Positions 60,593-64,000 of a stretch of DNA of 64,000 nt are shown in pieces. Position 1 is the first letter of the stretch, and every line of letters starts with the position of its first letter. Source of the stretch: Candidatus Aegiribacteria sp. (GTDB lineage: Bacteria; Fermentibacterota; Fermentibacteria; Fermentibacterales; JCC-6); assembly GCA_046498225.1 (NCBI GenBank), contig JAWOBF010000061.1, forward strand, positions 3,709 through 67,708, given 5' to 3'. A model generated the notes under the pieces. The model was not told the origin of the DNA. It did not search any database and saw only the letters and a program-made list of their open reading frames with translations. The position numbers and the translations under genes were made by a program.

Positions 60593-61388
60593 TACTGAAA
60601 CTGCCTTTTATACCCGCCCAGGTGCGTGAGTCCAGGTCGGACTGGTAGCCCGGGGCGACGCAGGCCGACCATCCCCTGAAAGCGGGTTCCGGAAGCTGGA
60701 TCACCACCATGCCCATGCTGTTGAAGCAGTAGATGAAGCCGGTCTGGGATTCGATGGACTCGGCCGTCCAGAAGTACTCGCCGTCATGGCTCAGACCTCT
60801 GCAGTCCGGGCTGGGAGGTTCGAAGGTCAGGGAGGTATCCTGGACCAGTTCCGGCCATTCACTGACGTCCCATGCCCTTATCAGTCCGTCGTCGTTGAGC
60901 GTCCACAGCCTGTCGTAGGCCCAGGTGGACCCCAGGACGTCCAGATCGAAGGACGCCGTGGACCCTCCGCTGCCGTCGGGCGAGTAGCGGTTCATGTTCC
61001 ATTCCGTCACGTAGAGGAATTCCCCGTCGTAACCCAGATCGTAGAAGTAGTACAGTGACCAGTCGTCGATCACCAGGTCCAGCTGGCCGGTCTGAATGTC
61101 CAGAATGTACGATCGGGGAGCGAAGGCCTCGGCCACGTGAACCTCCCCCTCCACCACCTCAAGGTCGCACAGTCTGTGATAATCGTACTGGTACCAGTCG
61201 TAGACGGTTCCGTCCATGGACATGATGTAAATCCTTGAATCGAAGTTCTGGTAGGCTGTGAACACTATCACGTCCTCGCCCCTGCTGCCGGCGGCGAAGC
61301 CGCAGAGCATCACCAGAGTTACCGCCGCGCGGTGAAGGCGGAATATTCCCATAGCTCTATAATCCTCTCCGTATGCTTCCATGTGCAC
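60585..61388 (-). CDS. secreted hypothetical protein (Tyr/Trp/Asp-rich beta-repeat)
   Basis: Signal-like AAVTLVMLCGFAAGSRG. Repeated DGE(Y/F)(F/L)(W/Y)(T/V)xE elements. It overlaps the downstream gene by 8 nt. Confidence 0.45.
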   Translation of the reverse strand: MHMEAYGEDYRAMGIFRLHRAAVTLVMLCGFAAGSRGEDVIVFTAYQNFDSRIYIMSMDGTVYDWYQYDYHRLCDLEVVEGEVHVAEAFAPRSYILDIQTGQLDLVIDDWSLYYFYDLGYDGEFLYVTEWNMNRYSPDGSGGSTASFDLDVLGSTWAYDRLWTLNDDGLIRAWDVSEWPELVQDTSLTFEPPSPDCRGLSHDGEYFWTAESIESQTGFIYCFNSMGMVVIQLPEPAFRGWSACVAPGYQSDLDSRTWAGIKGSFSIE

Positions 61389-61430
61389 TGATTATGATAA
61401 GGGAGTCTCCGATCCTTAGCAACCGAGAGG

Positions 61431-61844
61431 TCAGCCCACTACCGTGACCCTCATCTCCCTCTTCCTGGGCCGGTTGTCATGGTCCACCAGGACTATCTGC
61501 TGCCAGGTCCCTGTCAGCACCCTGCCCTCCGAAACCGGAAGCGTCACTCCCGGTCCCATCAGTGAAGCCCTCATATGGGAGAAGCCGTTGTCATCGCCCC
61601 AGGTCTCCGAATGGCGCGAGCGTATCTCCCGGGAGACAAGCTTCTCCAGGAGCTCCTTCATGTCCTCCACAAGGGCCGGTTCGTACTCGATGGTGGTCAC
61701 CGAGGCTGTGGAGCCGGTTACGGTCACCGCCACCAGGCCTTCCTCTATTCCCGATTCGGACACTATGGACCGAACCTCACCGCTTACGTTCACAATGTCC
61801 GAGAATCCGTTGCTGCTTACCGTTATCGATCTTCCATGCACCAT
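61431..61844 (-). CDS. yjbQ: YjbQ/UPF0047 family protein (secondary thiamine-phosphate synthase enzyme)
   Basis: GLVAVTVTGSTASVTTIEYEP...SHMRASLMGPGVTLPVSEGRVLTGTWQQIVLVDHD is the family signature. An AGGA Shine-Dalgarno lies upstream. Confidence 0.88.
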   Translation of the reverse strand: MVHGRSITVSSNGFSDIVNVSGEVRSIVSESGIEEGLVAVTVTGSTASVTTIEYEPALVEDMKELLEKLVSREIRSRHSETWGDDNGFSHMRASLMGPGVTLPVSEGRVLTGTWQQIVLVDHDNRPRKREMRVTVVG

Positions 61845-61905
61845 ACCGCGGTTCCTTTCCTTGTTGCCGTCCCATTTCCCGGTGGGTGTCCCCCCGGATT
61901 CCTCC

Positions 61906-61914
61906 TGCTATGAT
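61906..61914 (+). promoter_or_regulatory. candidate extended -10 element (TGCTATGAT) for the dehydrogenase gene
   Basis: It matches TGnTATAAT at 8 of 9 positions and lies 60 nt upstream of the ATG at 61974, which has an AAGGAGAAGG Shine-Dalgarno. No convincing -35 element. Confidence 0.25.
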
Positions 61915-61973
61915 ATCCATTAACCGGTCCTGATTCCAGTGTTACTGCCACAGAGGAAGAACGAAGGAGAAGG

Positions 61974-62948
61974 ATGGGACTCAGAGTGCTGATGGACGGT
62001 GACTGGGATGAACACCGTCTGCAACGGCTGAAGGACCTTCTCAGGGAAGACGTCAGCCTCTCCATTGACCCCTCCGGGGGAGACTATCAGGTGCTTGTGT
62101 CCGGAAGGCCCGCCCCGGAGCTGGTCACTGCGCCCGGCCTGCGCTGCCTTCTCATACCCTGGGCGGGCCTTCCCGGGGAAACACGCCGCCTGATGATGTC
62201 CCACCGTGATGTCTCGGTCCACAACATCCACCACAACGCCGCCTCTGCGGCGGAGCTGGCCCTCGGGCTGATGCTGGCCGCGGCCAGGAGGATAGTGGTG
62301 GCGGACAGCCATCTGAGAAGGGGCGACTGGACTCCGCGATACAGGCAGGAGGACTCCATCCTCGTCAGCGGCAGCGGGGTTCTGGTACTGGGCTACGGCC
62401 ATCTGGGCGAAAAGCTGGGGGAGGCCTGTTCCGCCCTGGGGGCCACTGTCCGGGGCATCAGACGCAGCGTTACCCGCATGAGGATGTCCGGCAGCGTCAC
62501 CCTCCACCCTCCGGAATCCCTTCACCTCCTGCTGGAGGACAGCGACATAGTTTTCCTCTGCCTTCCCCTCACCGATGAGACCCGCGGCATCATGGGCTCC
62601 GCCGAACTGAGCCTCATGCACGAAAGGTCCATCCTGGTCAATGTGGGAAGAGGCGCCCTGGTGGACGAGGAAGCCCTCTACAGGAGCCTTGCAACCGGTT
62701 CCATAGGCGCCGCGGGTATCGATGTATGGTACAGCTACCCCTCATCCCCTGAAGAGAGATGCTCCACGCAACCCTCCAGATACCCCTTCTCCGAACTGGA
62801 CAACGTAGTTATGACTCCTCACATGGGAGGCGCTTTCGGTTCGGAGATGCTGGAAAGGTCCCGGACCGTTCAGCTGGCCGAATCCATAAACGCGTTCGCC
62901 GACAAGGGGGAAATGCCCTGGAAGGTGGACCTGGACCGGGGATACTGA
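61974..62948 (+). CDS. D-isomer-specific 2-hydroxyacid dehydrogenase family protein
   Basis: NAD-binding site VLVLGYGHLGEKLG, then NVGRGALVDEEAL and TPHMGG. Confidence 0.88.
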   Translation: MGLRVLMDGDWDEHRLQRLKDLLREDVSLSIDPSGGDYQVLVSGRPAPELVTAPGLRCLLIPWAGLPGETRRLMMSHRDVSVHNIHHNAASAAELALGLMLAAARRIVVADSHLRRGDWTPRYRQEDSILVSGSGVLVLGYGHLGEKLGEACSALGATVRGIRRSVTRMRMSGSVTLHPPESLHLLLEDSDIVFLCLPLTDETRGIMGSAELSLMHERSILVNVGRGALVDEEALYRSLATGSIGAAGIDVWYSYPSSPEERCSTQPSRYPFSELDNVVMTPHMGGAFGSEMLERSRTVQLAESINAFADKGEMPWKVDLDRGY

Positions 62949-62958
62949 ACCGCGAATT

Positions 62959-63405
62959 TCATACCCTGACGGGCTCCCTGAAATACACTGTCATCGCCGC
63001 TCCGGCTATGCACAGGATAATGCCGGTCACCTGCAGAGGGCTAAGCTTCTCCTTCAGCACCAGCACTCCAAGCAGGACTCCCAGGACCGGGGCGAGGCAG
63101 AAGGCTATGGTCATCACGGTTGAAAGCTGTCCATGTTTCAGGCCGGTGTAGAGGAACATTATTCCCAGCCCCCCGGAGATGACCCCTCCTCCCACAGCCA
63201 CCAGAACCAGCGGCCTCAACCCCGCGGTCCTGAGTTCTCCCCAGTAGGGCCGCGAAAGAGCCGCTACCAGGAGAAGGCTGAAGAAGGTCCTTACGGCGGT
63301 TCCCATCACCGGGGTCAGGTTCCCCAGCCTGATACCTGTCTTCTCTATGAGCGAACCCACCGCCCAGCAGAGGGCTGTCATAAAAGCGTAGAATTCCGGC
63401 TGCAA
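62959..63405 (-). CDS. EamA-like (DMT superfamily) small membrane transporter
   Basis: Single EamA-type domain (TALCWAVGSLIEK ... IAFCLAPVLGVLLGVLVLKEKLSPLQVTGIILCIAGAAM). I prefer the TTG at 63405, which is preceded by AAAGGA with 6-nt spacing; the track start at 63534 would run into purF. Confidence 0.7.
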   Translation of the reverse strand: MQPEFYAFMTALCWAVGSLIEKTGIRLGNLTPVMGTAVRTFFSLLLVAALSRPYWGELRTAGLRPLVLVAVGGGVISGGLGIMFLYTGLKHGQLSTVMTIAFCLAPVLGVLLGVLVLKEKLSPLQVTGIILCIAGAAMTVYFREPVRV

Positions 63406-63433
63406 TGCTATTCCTTTCGTAACATTTTTCAGT

Positions 63434-64000
63434 TCATCTACCTCTGAAACAGTAAGTGCAGAGCTTTTCCTCCGGAAGCCCGATGGCCTCAACCAGGTCC
63501 TCCAGCCTCTGGTAGGCCAGTGTGTCCAGTCCAAGTCTCTTCCTTATCACCTCCACCATGGCCGCGTAATCGGAGGAATCCGGGTCCAGGTAGGCCGGGA
63601 GAACATTTTCCGAGTCTCCTTCCAGATCATGAATGGCCTTTCTGGCCGCCAGGTCCATCACGGACCTGGACCGGGAGAAGTTAAGGTACCTGCAACTGAA
63701 GAGCAGTGGCGGGCAGGCGGCCCTTATATGCACTTCCGCGGCCCCTGAATCGAAGAGTCTTTCGGCTGTTCCCTTCAGTTGTGTGCCGCGGACGATGGAA
63801 TCCTCGCAGAACAGAAGCCTGCTGCCCTGTATGAGTTCTTTGACTGGTATGAGCTTCATTCTGGCCACCAGGTCCCTTACCTGCTGGTTCTGGGGCATGA
63901 AGCTCCTGGGCCAGGTGGGAGTATACTTGACGAATGGCCTTTTGAACGGTACTCCGGAATGGTTCGCGTATCCCACCGCGTGGCCGGTGCCGGAATCGGG
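63434..64000 (-). CDS. purF: amidophosphoribosyltransferase (partial; the 5' part lies beyond the window edge)
   Basis: PDSGTGHAVGYANHSGVP and LLFCEDSIVRGTQL are PRTase motifs, and the family-typical C-terminal region follows. The frame is open to position 64000. Confidence 0.9.
   Translation of the reverse strand, partial: PDSGTGHAVGYANHSGVPFKRPFVKYTPTWPRSFMPQNQQVRDLVARMKLIPVKELIQGSRLLFCEDSIVRGTQLKGTAERLFDSGAAEVHIRAACPPLLFSCRYLNFSRSRSVMDLAARKAIHDLEGDSENVLPAYLDPDSSDYAAMVEVIRKRLGLDTLAYQRLEDLVEAIGLPEEKLCTYCFRGR

Overview
Visibly GC-rich bacterial chromosomal segment. It looks diderm (GT9 LPS heptosyltransferases, an MsbA-like exporter, TatA) and probably comes from a poorly characterised lineage. 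I support 58 genes plus 3 small regulatory motifs. From about 2.6 kb to 55 kb every gene is on the minus strand, tightly packed, and many junctions are 4-nt start/stop overlaps (ATGA, GTGA or TTGA). Housekeeping genes: polA, dapF, tRNA-Gly(CCC), hslVU, xerC, topA, tatA, mutS, purF (partial), yjbQ, and hpf-hprK-ptsH-ptsI. Interleaved with them is a large amount of envelope and glycan machinery: at least 4 large polytopic candidate GT-C membrane proteins, 2 GT2, about 5 GT4, 2-3 GT9, a sugar nucleotidyltransferase, a CDP-alcohol phosphatidyltransferase, a methyltransferase, and two sulfatase-fold lipoproteins with Thr at the nucleophile position. Observations most worth a second look: (1) two orphan MglA-type Ras-like GTPases with no adjacent MglB. 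One sits directly upstream of a novel membrane protein with a ribosomal L7/L12 C-terminal-domain-like N-terminus, an acidic linker, four CxxC pairs and one TM helix. The other sits directly upstream of an STT3-like GT-C/TPR protein. (2) An archaeal-type GatD/GatE amidotransferase pair in a clearly bacterial context, with gatD apparently starting at CTG behind a perfect Shine-Dalgarno sequence. (3) A 1025-aa DUF2723 (TMEM260-like) protein translationally coupled between xerC and hslV. (4) A 10-kb glycan locus pairing a DPM1-like GT2 with GT-C candidates and showing no recognisable Wzx, Wzy or Wzz. (5) An ECF sigma / anti-sigma / HtrA-like pseudo-protease operon. I saw no CRISPR array, transposase or prophage. 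Note that the supplied ORF track writes M for GTG and TTG starts, and that many long alternative-frame ORFs are high-GC shadow artefacts. All family assignments come from motif recognition by eye; no database search was run.
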